A DNA stretch of 63,997 nucleotides, filler included, from Choristocarpus tenellus KU-1152 (lineage: Eukaryota > Protista > Phaeophyceae): assembly GCA_964200185.2 (NCBI GenBank). It is 10 parts of 10 records of this genome, joined end to end, with 100 filler letters (N's around TTAATTAATTAA, not from the genome) between each part and the next. Parts side by side here need not be neighbours in the genome. Positions count along the whole stretch, not along the records: positions 33,942 to 56,356 come from CAXNAD020000285.1; 9 more parts are not named here. One strand, given 5' to 3'. Within the stretch, counting starts at the first letter, position 1. Each line of letters starts with the position of its first letter. The position numbers were made by a program, and so were the translations under genes. Under the pieces are notes generated by a model, which was not told the DNA's origin, made no database searches, and saw nothing but the letters and a program-made list of their open reading frames with translations. Below are positions 37,101 through 49,700 of this stretch, in pieces.

Positions 37101-40100
37101 GTCCTACATCTCTGTGTCCAGGACAATGATTGGGGTCATTTGCTCTGCATCTTCTGCTATTTGGGATAATGCATGAGTCTATTTGCAAAATATAAAGTAT
37201 CATCTGTCACCAGACATGTATATAGGCCGTGTCCCCATTTTGCTTCAGGTTGTTCGTTTTCTTGAAAATGCTTGATTGTTTATAGCACTGCAAGGTGAAG
37301 TTATCTTGTATGCATGAATTTGGTTGTCCAAGGCTTGAAAATGTATTGTCTGGAAGTGCACTGCAGTACATAAAAAAAAAAAATGTCATAGATTTTGTTG
37401 AGACCATGCCTTGATACCTTTGATGGATACAATGTGCAGGTAACGCTTGAGTCCATCAATATCACAATTGAGACTATTCATATTGTGTACTCCAATAGTG
37501 TACTTCAAGTTGACTTTATTAACACAATACATGTAACTTTTGAAAGTTGTAAGTCGATTTTTCTTTTTTTTAGTGCTTTTTGTTTCTTTGCAAGTTTTAT
37601 TTTTATTTTTATTTTGGAAAATAGCAGTCACAAGTCTCAACCTGATTGTCTTCTGGATCCAACAATGTCCCTTCCAATGCCAGCATGTGAGATGTGGAAC
37701 GTAGTGCCATGCTGAACTGATGAACAATTTATGTGTTAATATGTCCTACACTGATGATTTTCTGCTTTTCCATACTCCCGCACTCTCCTCACCTCTGCAT
37801 TGCGTTTATGGGCTCTTAATCTACTATAGGGTCTTTGTTTGTCAAACGTTTGTGATGTAGTATTTGAACATGAGGTAAGGAGATGCTGTGCCAATACACA
37901 TGAATGTTGTCAGACTCCACCCCAACCCTTTCAGTGTAACATGCCCCTATCTCCCTCAGTACATGTAGTTGCTCAAAATTGCCTCTCTTTTTCACGGCAT
38001 AATGTAACTCACCAAATATCATCGCAAAGCTTTTTTAATGCTATGGAAAATTCCAGCCACGTCAACTAATGAACCCACTACTTTTCAGGTGCGACTGGGA
38101 TACTCAGCATCTGACAGGGGTGGGGACACCAGCGGCTCTGAGGGAGGTGAGGCGCAGTAATGAATACCAGACCAATGAGTGCATTTATGTTAGTGCTAAG
38201 GAATTGCATACCCACTACTTTGCATGATGAAGACACAAGATTTTGGAAGCAAAGCACCATGCAAAGTTTGAGGGAAGTTGATCTGCTTTGGTTTTATCAG
38301 TAGGTTATAGGACTTTGAGGGTAGCTGTTGATGATACCTTATTTCATCAACTACTATTACACTGCAGTGTTGCTCAGCAGACCATAATTTTCCTGTGTCA
38401 TGGAGGATTAGTATTGCCCAATTTTCTGCCAGCCACCTAAGACACCATCTTTATCACTGCTGCTGTCACATATTACTGTTGGCATTTCAACTTGTTGAAA
38501 GCAGGTGAACGGACAAGTGGACTGGGTAATGGGTCTTCTTTGTCACTACTGGTGATGGGTGAGAATGGTGGTGGCCCCATGGATGTGGTCAACCGCGTCA
38601 ACCAACAGGACTTGTTGGGAGACATTCTGGCAGGCGGGAAACTTGATGGTGAGATGGACACCGGGGATATATGAATGATGACTTTGCTACTTGTGACACT
38701 TTGGTTCCCAACACCTTACCTGGTGGAGATGTCATAATCTTGAGTCCGTCTCCAATGCATCAATGCAGGTGTCCCTTGAAATGCTAATTGGTATTACGTA
38801 ATCCAAATTTGTCTATATATGCAGTTGCATTTTGAGTTTATTGAGGTTGGTAATTGTGCATCATGCTCAAGTGGATTTGAAAGCATGCATTGGTTTGGAG
38901 AAATCACATTGCGTCAATGATTTACCAAAAATATCTTATTAAACTGCCCTATACAAACGTTACTGGGTCAAATCGTAGTGTTTCAGACGCATTGATTCAA
39001 TTGAATCAAAACAATCAACACTGAGATCATATATATGGTTTGAATAGTCAGTCATTTGTTCCCAAATGCTACTACTGAGATTATTTTATTGATTTGGAGT
39101 GTGTGGAGGTACCAAAGGGGCATCTCTCACCAACTCAATCAAGTCAGTTGATCACTTCTTTGAGCTTTGTGTGTGCCCAGGGGTACTATGAGGACAAAGT
39201 GTTGATGTGAGTACCTAGTTATTGATGATGAATATGATGTCAACCCATCTACCAGATGTGCCCTCCCACATGTGGAGAATGATGGCAAGGAAGACTAAGG
39301 GTCGGATGAAATTGAGCAGAAATGTCCAGAGACTGACGTGACCAAGAGATGTTAAGTTTGCCGTAACCATAACCATAACCAGAGTAGGTTCTATTCATAG
39401 ATATTCCTGCTTTTCATGAACTCAAAAAACGAAAAACTTAATATAATCAGTTGGTTGCGATGTCATTTTTTCCTCCTTATTTCTCCTAATCTCAATCCCA
39501 GAGAAAATTCTGACTTTTTTTCAATGAGGAGAGAATGCCTACTAATATGGGCATTTGCTTGATCTCTGTCAAGAATATCAGGAAGCTGCTGAGATCCATG
39601 AAACCGTTAGAGCCATCACCCCTCTTCAGGTAGAAGCAAAAGAGTCTATTGAATGTTTGTGTGCTGCAGAGATACCGGCTGAATTAAACATCCACTTTGG
39701 CATGAGGAAGAAGATGAGAACCATTAGTTGAAAATTGAGTGCCTGCAACCAAGAAGATGCAAGTAGAAGCAAGCCCTGACTACATGGCTAGACCCCAGGA
39801 CCAAAACCCTGTATGGGATTACAGAGGACAAGTATGTAGATAATTGGAGGCAGGTGGAGTTGGAACTTGCAGACATCCTGGAGGTGGAGCACAAAGCATG
39901 GGCAGAGGTTGTTCCAGTTGTAGAGCCCAGCCCAATACCGTGTTGAGAGGATAGCCCCACCAAAAGAACCAAGAGGGGTTTGCAAGAGCTTACCTTCCAA
40001 TCTGTGGTGTGCTTCTTCTGCTGATGATGGGGCTGTGGAAGTCAATACTATGGAGCATATGCAGGAGGCAGCACATGTGCAGTGGAACTCAAAACAGCTG

Positions 40101-43100
40101 ATGAATGTGGAGTTTACTAAAGCTTCTGAAGTGATGGAGGGATAGGGCTTCAATCTTCCTGCACCAGACCAAACTTGCCTTGTGTATTCTGGGCGTTCCT
40201 GCTAGGCATATAAACTTTGAGAAAATGTTCTCAACATGCAATGTTGCCACCTAGAAACGAGACAAGCAAGACCCAGATAATATCCAGCTCCTTGTCTACC
40301 TGCGTAGCATCTGACTGGAGGTGGATACATGAGAGGCTGTTTAGGTTGGCAACAAGCAGTTATCTTCTGAAGAGTATAGTCACAGTAGCAGTGTGTAGCC
40401 ACAAACACTTGAAGTATGGTTACAAGCATACAGTATTACAAATAAAGCTCTTCTTGACAGCTAATGCATCACCCAGCTATTCTTCCACAAGTCATGTATA
40501 TGAAAGTTTCTGAGGTAGCACGAGGTGGCGTGTCCTGTACTGGGGAAAGAGCATGCATATATGAGTACCCTTAAAAGATTAGACACTCAACAGGGCACCT
40601 CACCAGTCAGGGGACCACACAGTGTATCTATTACATATATTTTTTGCAATTTATAATTTCCAGATCCAAAGTGAGGAAGCCCAAAGTGTCAATTTCATTA
40701 GGTTCTGTAACATTGCTTAGGCTTTTTTTAACACATCTCCCTTGGATGTTATCATCTAAAAAGTATTATGTTGCTATCTGTAAAAGTATCTGTAATTTCT
40801 AAGATTTGTTGGACTTTCTTGCATGGTGTGCTTCATGCATACTATGAATACAATTGAGTACATAAAAAAGAATTCCATCAAATTAGGTTATATCTACCAG
40901 GTCTTCCAATTCACAACACGATGCATGTCTCTACATTAGAGGCACTAACAGAGCATGAAGTGGATGTGAACAATAGTATGTACTTCATGTCAACTAGGAT
41001 TAGTATGTGATGCAATTTGTGTGAACTAACCTTAAATCTTCTCAGTAGGACAATGTTTAACTTTACTGCCCTGCAAACATTCTCAGGTTCCTGTATCAGA
41101 TTATCCAGGGAACCCAAGGAACAACGCCCCTCAGGGTCAGCCCCTCCTTTCCTCAGTGTTGGAGAAAATGTTGGGATGCTAGGAGTGGCTGCAGATGGGA
41201 CCAGTTTCGGTGGACACACAGGTTCTAGTGGAAGAGGATTGAGGTTGGGCAGTTGGGCAAAGGCTGATGGAGAAGGTAATTGAGATGTACAGTCATAGCG
41301 GTAGGTTAAATGATTCAAAATTGAAGGTGTGAAGTTTTTTTTGTGGTGTAATTACAAGTTAGTGAGTGGGCAGAGACTGAGAGTGTCAGCATTATGAAGG
41401 GGGAATTGGACCAGCTTTAGGAGGTAGAGGGGGAGTTTGTGTCTCTATGATTGGGATTGTGGGCATTAGATCTGGTTGAGGGGCCCGTGGTTGGTGAACA
41501 CTTTCAAGCTGTATTGTTCCGCGGTCTTCACCTTAAGTATACCTTAAGTATAGCATTAGCCAAAAAGATGGTACAAGGGTTTTGAACAGGGACTCAAGTA
41601 GGCACAGTATTCATGACAGGTTGCCCTTTCAGAGAAACTCCCTTGCCTCTTGCATGATACTTGACATCACCAGATAGAAAGGATGAGCATGACATTGCTC
41701 ATTTGTCAGTGGGGTCTAAGCGACGATGCCAATCTGAGTGGGACCATTTGAGGGAGCTCCCAAGCCAATGTTCCAGGTATTCATTATTGGCAGAGGGTGG
41801 TGAAGGAATGTATAGCACATGGATTGATGGGACAGAGCCAGGCCAAGAGGAAAATCTGGACGACCTGGATAGCATGGCATATGTTGATCACCATGAGAAA
41901 TGCAGTGATGGAAGTGTCCTACCAATGATCGAGAGTTTCTCAGCAACTCTTCACTCAGAAATTAATCGAAGTGCCCGGTCAATACGGCGGATAAAGTGGG
42001 CTGACAGTGAGGGTAACCAGCTCCGGCAGGTGAACTCATTTCTAATAAAGTTCTTCACTTTAGTGACTATCCCACACCTGGTCAGAGGCACTAGACACGG
42101 CACTACTTTCATACAACCACTGTAACTAATTGTTGCACTCCAACTAATTCTGCTCCCTCTGTTCGTGCATGGCTTCTCATGCATTGAGTTATGTCATTCC
42201 CTGCTCTTTCCCTCCCCCTCCTCCCTTGAATAGTGTGATAAACCCACCTTGGTGCTGCTCAGGAATGAAGCCTTGTTGTCTTGTTCTTGGCTGGCGCTTT
42301 TTTGGTATAGCAATAGATAGGGTGGTACAGATGTTCAATCTATATGGTGCTTGCTGCATGGACTTTGAATAACTGAAAACAATTTTTTATGAAAAGAAGT
42401 GTGATGTCAACAGGATTCAAAACTGCAGAGTTCATGCAGGGAGTAGTAACCCCCACCAACCAGTGAGTCATGCAAATGGTTTCAACCTCAGGAATATATA
42501 AGCTATCTCATTCATGAAGTACATCAGCATGCATGATATTCCTGGGTACTCATTGAAGCTACAGTCAATCAGTTCAAGGACAAACGAGTAGATTACATAC
42601 ATAGTGGAGGTGTGATACTGAGATTATTGTAGAACACCTTGATGTGATACAGGCATCCATCAATGCTACCTTCCTCTCTTTCTTGAACATGTATCCCCGA
42701 AAAGTAGGGGTCTGCTGTTGAATCTTGAACAACTGCCTTTTTCTTCTTATTATTTCTTTTTTTAGTCAAATTCTCCACTTCGTACACCTTACCCATCTCC
42801 CTTGACTCCTGATCACATGGCAGCGCACACTGCACTATTTCTACCCTTTGAACTAACTGCTGCACTACCCCTATTTGCACAGCCTGGTGTGTGCCTTGAT
42901 TTTTTCCTGCGCGTTGAGTTCAGCCATCCCATCACTAGTTGGTCTGCCTCCTCCCTTCAATCCAGTGCATACTCATCCCTCTGTAATGAGTATTCGTAAC
43001 CACAATCTATATCTTTCTGTATCCCTTTTTGTGGTCTTGTGCAGAATCTTACGTTGCAGGTGTACTTCCCTAATGTACAACTATCACATCTATCGAAAAC

Positions 43101-45462
43101 AAAATTCCTTTGAAAAAATTGCCCTTGTCTGGGGTTGGAACAAACAGGGATTCCCATAGACAAAATGCAGGCGTCCTACTACCACAGCAACATAGACAAC
43201 CATGAAATACTAAGCACTGTGATATCTAGATTTGTGCAAGCACTAGTTAATCTGGATATGACCAGGTAAGAACCGTTGTGCATTGTACTGTTGCTGTATA
43301 TACGCAACACAGATTTGTGTCTTTGTCACTACTGAAGATGCTTCACGGGAGGACACTCTTGTGGGAAATTGTGGACAAGAGGCGTGGGAAGACTTGGCAA
43401 GAAGAGAACGGGAACAGGAGCGTGAGATGCTCAAAAGGGAGAGGTGAGAAAGTCTTGTGCTTTGGAGTCCAGAATTGTGTGTAGGAGCCTGATACAGTAT
43501 GAAGCCTACTCAACTTGTTGAAGTACAACCAACCCACTCACACCTTGTCCTGGATACATGGGTCAATGGGGTAACCCACACACCCACTCTCCAAACTTGC
43601 AACATCCCAATCTAAGGTGACACCTCGGTGTACCACCTCTTTTTCTCTATATATATTCTTGTGTATTGTACATCATCAAGCCTTGGCCTGCCATTCCTCT
43701 TCAGAGGGAAGAGAGAACTCTACTGGATATGTTTTCCTGAACAAGCTCCCGGTGTCCAGTCACCAGTCAGGCCTACCAAGAAGACGTTGATAGGCACAAA
43801 ATTGAAATTACATAATATTATTTGCAGCTTTACTAGTGTCAGGGCATGGGTCACCCATGGTGGAATAATTGACACTGTATCATCCACACTATTGATACCT
43901 TTACTTTAAGGGTTTGTTCCAATATGTGATGCAGATACCTCCACTTCAGTTCACCCCCCTTTGAAGTGTGAAAAAGTGGAACGTATGAGGTTGACTAGTG
44001 CAATTTTGATGTCAGAGATGATTACCTAATAGCATTTTTTCCTTTCTCATTCGCAACTACCTCACCAACAGAGAGGAAACAGCTCGACTTCGAGCTAACG
44101 AACAACAAGCACAAAAGATGGCACTTCAGGGCATGGTACCCAACATGAAGTGGATTCACCCACGAATTTTGCAAACATTTCTTACACAACCTGAAGCAAC
44201 TGGAGCCCTTGTGATGTCGAAGGAGAATGCATTTTTCAATGGAGGCTTGACTAATGAGGCCCAGTGCCAACAAGAGCGAACTCAGACAGCTCAAGAGGTG
44301 AGGGAATGAACGAAAAGCACTTGATTTCAAAACCTGCTTTTTTTCAGTGGGTCAGGTTTTTGTAGCATCAATTTCACAACATCCATGAGATTGAAACTGT
44401 GGTATCTGCCTGCTTGTGTTTTGTCACCGTTACCCCTTGACCACTCTTGGTATCCCCATCTACATTCAGGGTTATATATCACCAGAGTGGTTCAATTGCA
44501 ACTTGTTTTTCACATTGAGAGAGTGGTGTGTCGCTAATCCTGTGTAATCTGACTTTTTTTTAGCACAAACCCAGTCATATAAAAAGCAATTTGAAAATAC
44601 ATAAATATTGATATCCCATTTTTTTCTGTTGTACTGTAATTCGTAGTGATTTCTTGTTTTTCACAGCGCAACCTTTGTGCACAGGCATGCATCACTGGTC
44701 TCCATCACAGCCAATTATCACAGCAAGGGTGAAAGTTTGTGAATGATTATTAAAAAAGAGGGAGAGATGCAGAGAATTCCCATTGCTGCTTTTGCTGTCT
44801 TCCTCCTTGAACTGTAATAATATGGAGATTTTTACCACAGTTGAATATAGTATCACACATTATTATTGTAAGCACGTCTTCAACTGTTTCACAAAGAGAA
44901 AGAAGTACTGAACGGTCTTGGAATTATATTTTTTCTTTACCTTCCTTCTTGGAACACACCAAAAAAGCACACACTAACTCAGTGATGTCACTACAAAAAG
45001 TGCAACAGAAATTCTGAAGTAGAGTCAGGGTCACATTCTTGGTGCTGACATGCACACTCTCTCCATGGGACGAAAAACAGCCACACCCACACAGTAGTAG
45101 TAGTTGGGGCAATGAACATGTATTCAGGATAAGTATGATTATTTCAGCACAATATAAAAAAGAAGAAACAAAAATGTGTCACATCTTGCAACGGTTCACT
45201 AAAGTACTGGATTGTATACAAGTGGAATATAGGCCTTTGATTCATTGATCAACTACTCATGAATTCTCTTCTGCACACTGTCATTTACCTCTACTACCAG
45301 GCCTTGTGTATTGGGTACAATTGTACACCGGCTGAGCCTTTAGATATACATTCTTGCTCAAACCAAGCAAACGAACCAGAGAAACTACTTTTTGAGGCAA
45401 GACCTGGTCATCGGAACATGACACTGGAGGACAGAAGAGGCAGAAAGTTTGGTTCCTACTAG
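34127..45462 (+). CDS. PNUTS/PPP1R10-like PP1 nuclear targeting subunit (TFIIS N-terminal domain + PP1-docking region), multi-exon
   Basis: ATG at 34127 is preceded by an in-frame stop. Confident exons: 34127-34222, 34333-34470, 34879-34965, 35099-~35243 (TFIIS-N fold: LLDSDGGL, RFVDLGGLKVLKHWI, LPVTEEAVRGSEIGKTIKKL, IIARW), 41674-42029, 43313-43443, 44072-44297, 45301-45462. These give RRIKWADSEGNQLRQICVF...WEDLARRERE...MVPNMKWIHPR...EAQCQQER...TPAEP...PEKLLFE. Middle exons (~36490-36710, ~38090-38150, ~38505-38650, ~41100-41275) are less certain. Confidence 0.82.
39343..40744 (+). mobile_element. Internally deleted, decayed hAT DNA transposon in an intron of the PNUTS-like gene
   Basis: LDPRTK at 39788 and a hAT dimerisation-domain relic LK*WRDRASIFLHQTKLALCILGVPARHINFEKMFSTCNVAT*KRDKQDPDNIQLLVYLRS (~40126-40314). 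Imperfect TIRs CAAGAGATGTTAA / TTAACACATCTCCCTTG; 8-bp flanks GACGTGAC / GATGTTAT (5 of 8 identical). Confidence 0.78.
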
Positions 45463-46772
45463 CTTTGACACAGCGGGAATGATAAACTGAAATCATTTTA
45501 CACAACTTGTCATTGTACATGGGAGAGCTCATCGTCACACAAGGTGGTGAAGGAGAATGCTAAGAAACCGGCTAACACAGACAACAAGTCAAACCACATC
45601 TGGGAGGGGCACATATATCTTACTTTAACTTTCCACATTTTGCCATAAAATTAAAGGGCACCGAATGCTGCCTATGTGAGTGCACTTCACATGTCTGCTA
45701 GCTTCATGTATTAGATACTTCAATCTCCACCATATCGCCTGTGCCATAGATAAACAGCAATGGACATGCAGTAACAGAAAAGGTTAAGTCAAGAATAGGA
45801 TGATCAACGTACACACCATTTGAAACACATCCACAAAACTTGAGGAAGCATTAATTTGTTACAAGTATCCAATGTACAGCTGCAAAGATAAACAATGAGA
45901 CAATTAAAGCGTGTGATAAAATGTGTAGCAGTTGTGGTCAAACACCATTTATTTTCGTTATTGAAAAAACAATAGTCTGGACCAAATGTGATCAATACAC
46001 AACTCAATTCACAAAACCAATGAAAATTTAAGTTTTATGTAGCCCTAGACAAACAAGAGAAGTTGACCTACAACATTAAGGTTGTGTAATACTTGCTTTT
46101 CATAATAATGGCAAAATAATCCATCAGTTATGAATTCAAGACAAAAAAAGTATCCTTCCGAAGGATATTAAAAAAATGCTAAACCTGAAAGTATTTTTTT
46201 TAAAATTAGGTTTCACCCCCAGATTCTACTACAGTGTTGAGCTTTTTCTTTACCTACTTGGTAAAGACCTGAAAAACACAAAGTAGGTTGCGCCAACACC
46301 ATTGAAATCTTTTGCTTACGAAGGCTTGTATGCTCAGAGGTAGATCCTAATGGAAATACGGTCTCCCATGTTCGGTCTATATATATATGTCTCCACCCAA
46401 AATGCCAGGGCTACAACCATGGCCAGAGTCAGCCTTGCATGACTGGTTCCAACCAACTCTCTACAATCTTTCAATTAAACAATCCTGCAAGCCTTGCATT
46501 CTTCATCATGTGCACCTTAGCATCTTCCCCCAACTACAGTGACACCTCAAAAGACTTTTTTCCAAGAACATTTTTGAAGTCAAAAAAGTTGGGGGGTCTA
46601 TCTTTGGTAGCCCACAAGATGCAAGTCTCCAATCAAAATTTGGAGTCCAGACTGAAGGCAAATTATGTAAGGGTAATTTTGAAAAATTGTTTATGATATT
46701 GAAACAGCTGGCTTTTGCAGTCCTGAAAATATTTATTCCTGACCAAACGATGAGCTCAAAACTGTCACTTTT

Positions 46773-49700
46773 CTAATGGTGATGCAATGCAGCAACAAGA
46801 TCGAACCTGTTGTCACTCCTTTGTCGCATCCATGCACGCTCCCACCCAGAGGCTGCCCCTGGACTGTCTGATCCATTGCTGTAACGTTCAGAATATGGCG
46901 AACCTAATCGTGACCCACGCTCTGACTCCATTTCGCTCATACCCTAAACAATAAATTGGGGAAATGTCTGTCAAGTGCTGGAAATTGGTAGTAACAAGGT
47001 TGGAATATTTTGATCAGCAGTGGAACAAAACAAATAAATATGCGCAAACCTGATTTATATTAATAGTCAAGTACAAAAGCCACCACCATGAGCAAAACTG
47101 ACTCACCGTCACGGATCGCAAAACTGTGGATGTCGGTGAATTTAGACCTCCACTTCGTCCAAAATGATCAATTACTCTCTCAGTCCGTGGAGATGTATCT
47201 GTGAAAGCATAAGAGCCTATCTGGGAAACGCCATCAGCCATACTGCTCTCATTTCCTGGTGATCGTACCTCTTCACACCCTGCCCCAGTGACTGAGACAT
47301 CATCAACAATACTGATCTTCGGGGGTGGCATCCCAACAGATGTACCAGGGACAGAGAGGGGATGAGGCCTTGAACCCACGGATGACTGGGCATACGCTGA
47401 TGCAGCATCATCATCCATTGCACCTGCACCTGTATTACTCAATGAATGGTATGCTGGAGGCTTCTTCCGTTGATGAACAGCAGTCACTGATGTTGATGAA
47501 CCGGGAACAACAGAAGGCACAAGGACTGAGCCAGCTGCAGAGTCCAAGGAACCACGGCTGTTCACACTGGTGAGAGCAGCTGAATCACCACTGAAATTAG
47601 TTGTCTCTGGGTTTACCTGAGACACATTTGAATCACCTTTCGCTGTATTGCTTACAATGTTGCTTCCAGTACTTGGCACTGTACGAACTGCCGCAACCGT
47701 AGAAGATGTTCCAGTAAAGGACGCCTGTGACCTAGGCCCAGGCAAGAACTTCGATGATGCTCTACGATAACCTGTGAAGGAGCCAACCTCAGTGCCCCCA
47801 TCCGTTCCCCACTCAGATGACGCTCCATCATCATAGTAGAACCTGTGCAGTTATCATACAATTGCTGTTGTAAGTTGATCACACACAAGCTTCTATTCTA
47901 TGACACCTTCATTCATGGTGCAATCAAGGCAAAGTGAGCAAGCATTTCATAACACCATGGCACACACAATACCTACCTTGATCCTTCTTGAGAATACATT
48001 CCTTCGGCGTTGTCCTCCATGACACTGGGCTCATATTCGCTATACCTATCAGGTCCAAACTCACTGTAGGTCCCATCACCACCCTCAGTGTATCCCTGGG
48101 CATAAGAAGATACCACATACAAAAATCCGAATTTCAAACAGATCCTGCAAACATCATTCACAGATCCTGTGTCAAGATTGTACATTTGTCAAGTCCAGGG
48201 ATCTCAAGGATTCCTATATTCAGAATACAGTGGACAACCTCCCCCATATACAAGATAAAATTTAAAAGGTGGTAACAGGTAAAAAACCTTAAGTCAAATC
48301 AAGTCTACCACATATTTGGAGTCATACACCACCTCACTGAACATGCTGTATCCCTCCCCATAATCGTGTTCCACCAGATCACTGCTCTGACCCAGAGTTG
48401 CTTTCACAGCTGAAGATATTAATGCCGATGGCACTACCATGTTGCTATCAGTAGATACCCTCTCTTTATCAGTTGTATCCACAGAGCTATAGATCAGGAA
48501 ATTATTATTATTATGATCCCTGGCAGGAACACCTACACTCTCTTTGATGACGTTTCCACCAGCAGCAGCAGGTCGTATTGGTGTAGTGCGACGTTCTGGG
48601 AGAACATTGCCAGTTTCCACTTCTCCCCCAGCAGTATTGCCCTCACTCTCACGAGATTCATTTGGGGACTTAGTTGCCAAAGCTGCTGCTGCATTCTTAG
48701 CATTCTTCTTCTTTCGATAACACCACCCCAGGCTTACACAAACACAGACAGCTGCAACAGCAGCAACAGCAATAATGATGATGGCAATGACCCATGTAGT
48801 GGAGCCTGAGCCACTTGATGAAGTTTCTGAAGAATTTGTCGAAGATGATGGGGGCACTATAACGAGGTTGCTTAGTTCCACCTCTGATGAAGTCAGACCA
48901 ATAGAGCCAGCAATTATCTGTCACCAAGAGATACATGGTGATCAGGTTATCAACAGCAGTGACGTTAGATATATAATTGGTGAGCTTCTACAATTTGAGA
49001 GGATCCTGTACTTCTCATGCATGCCAATCATGAAACAGGTACCACAAGCTGATCTTACTGCAAAACAAGGTTTCTCATGACACTGTACTTCAGATCTATT
49101 TCATATAGCAGCCACACCAGTCCCACATGGAACGCAATAGTTGATCAATGTAAGATTTAATGTGCTCAAAATCAGTGCGAACCACTTACAAGAACACTTA
49201 TCAGGTCATATTTCAATATCCATGGTAAGTTGATGAGCACATGTGCTTGATAACACGGTCTACAGGTGTGGAAATTGAAGCCATTTTCCTTATGGGATAT
49301 TAAATGTACTGTGAAAATAAAGACAGGAAATAAACTTCATCACTGGATATTCAAGTTGTCATGTAATGGGAATCATAATATTTCCTTGGAGGAACTGCTC
49401 TATATATTGTGTTCCCTTAAACATGCAACATCTATGAGTAATGAAGCAGGTGAAGGCCTTGCGTCAATCACACTTCTAATGGAACACCTGTTACATCCCA
49501 TTTCTCAGTACTGTGTATCAAGTCTTCTGATGATTTAGTAATCTTGGAAGAGGGTGAGGATCATTTTTTCAAACCCAGATGCCACAAGTTCAAATCCCAA
49601 CTGAGACAGTCACTTTCAAGTCTGTATATAAGCAGAACAAAACTTGAACTCCTTCATCAACAAAAAAAGAGCGACTTGACATGCCCTCAGGGACTCCAGG

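Noticed and set aside
42593-42880. HIKVFYNN peptide resembling an IS3-type integrase end
   Set aside because: Short isolated match in an intron with no DDE motifs nearby.
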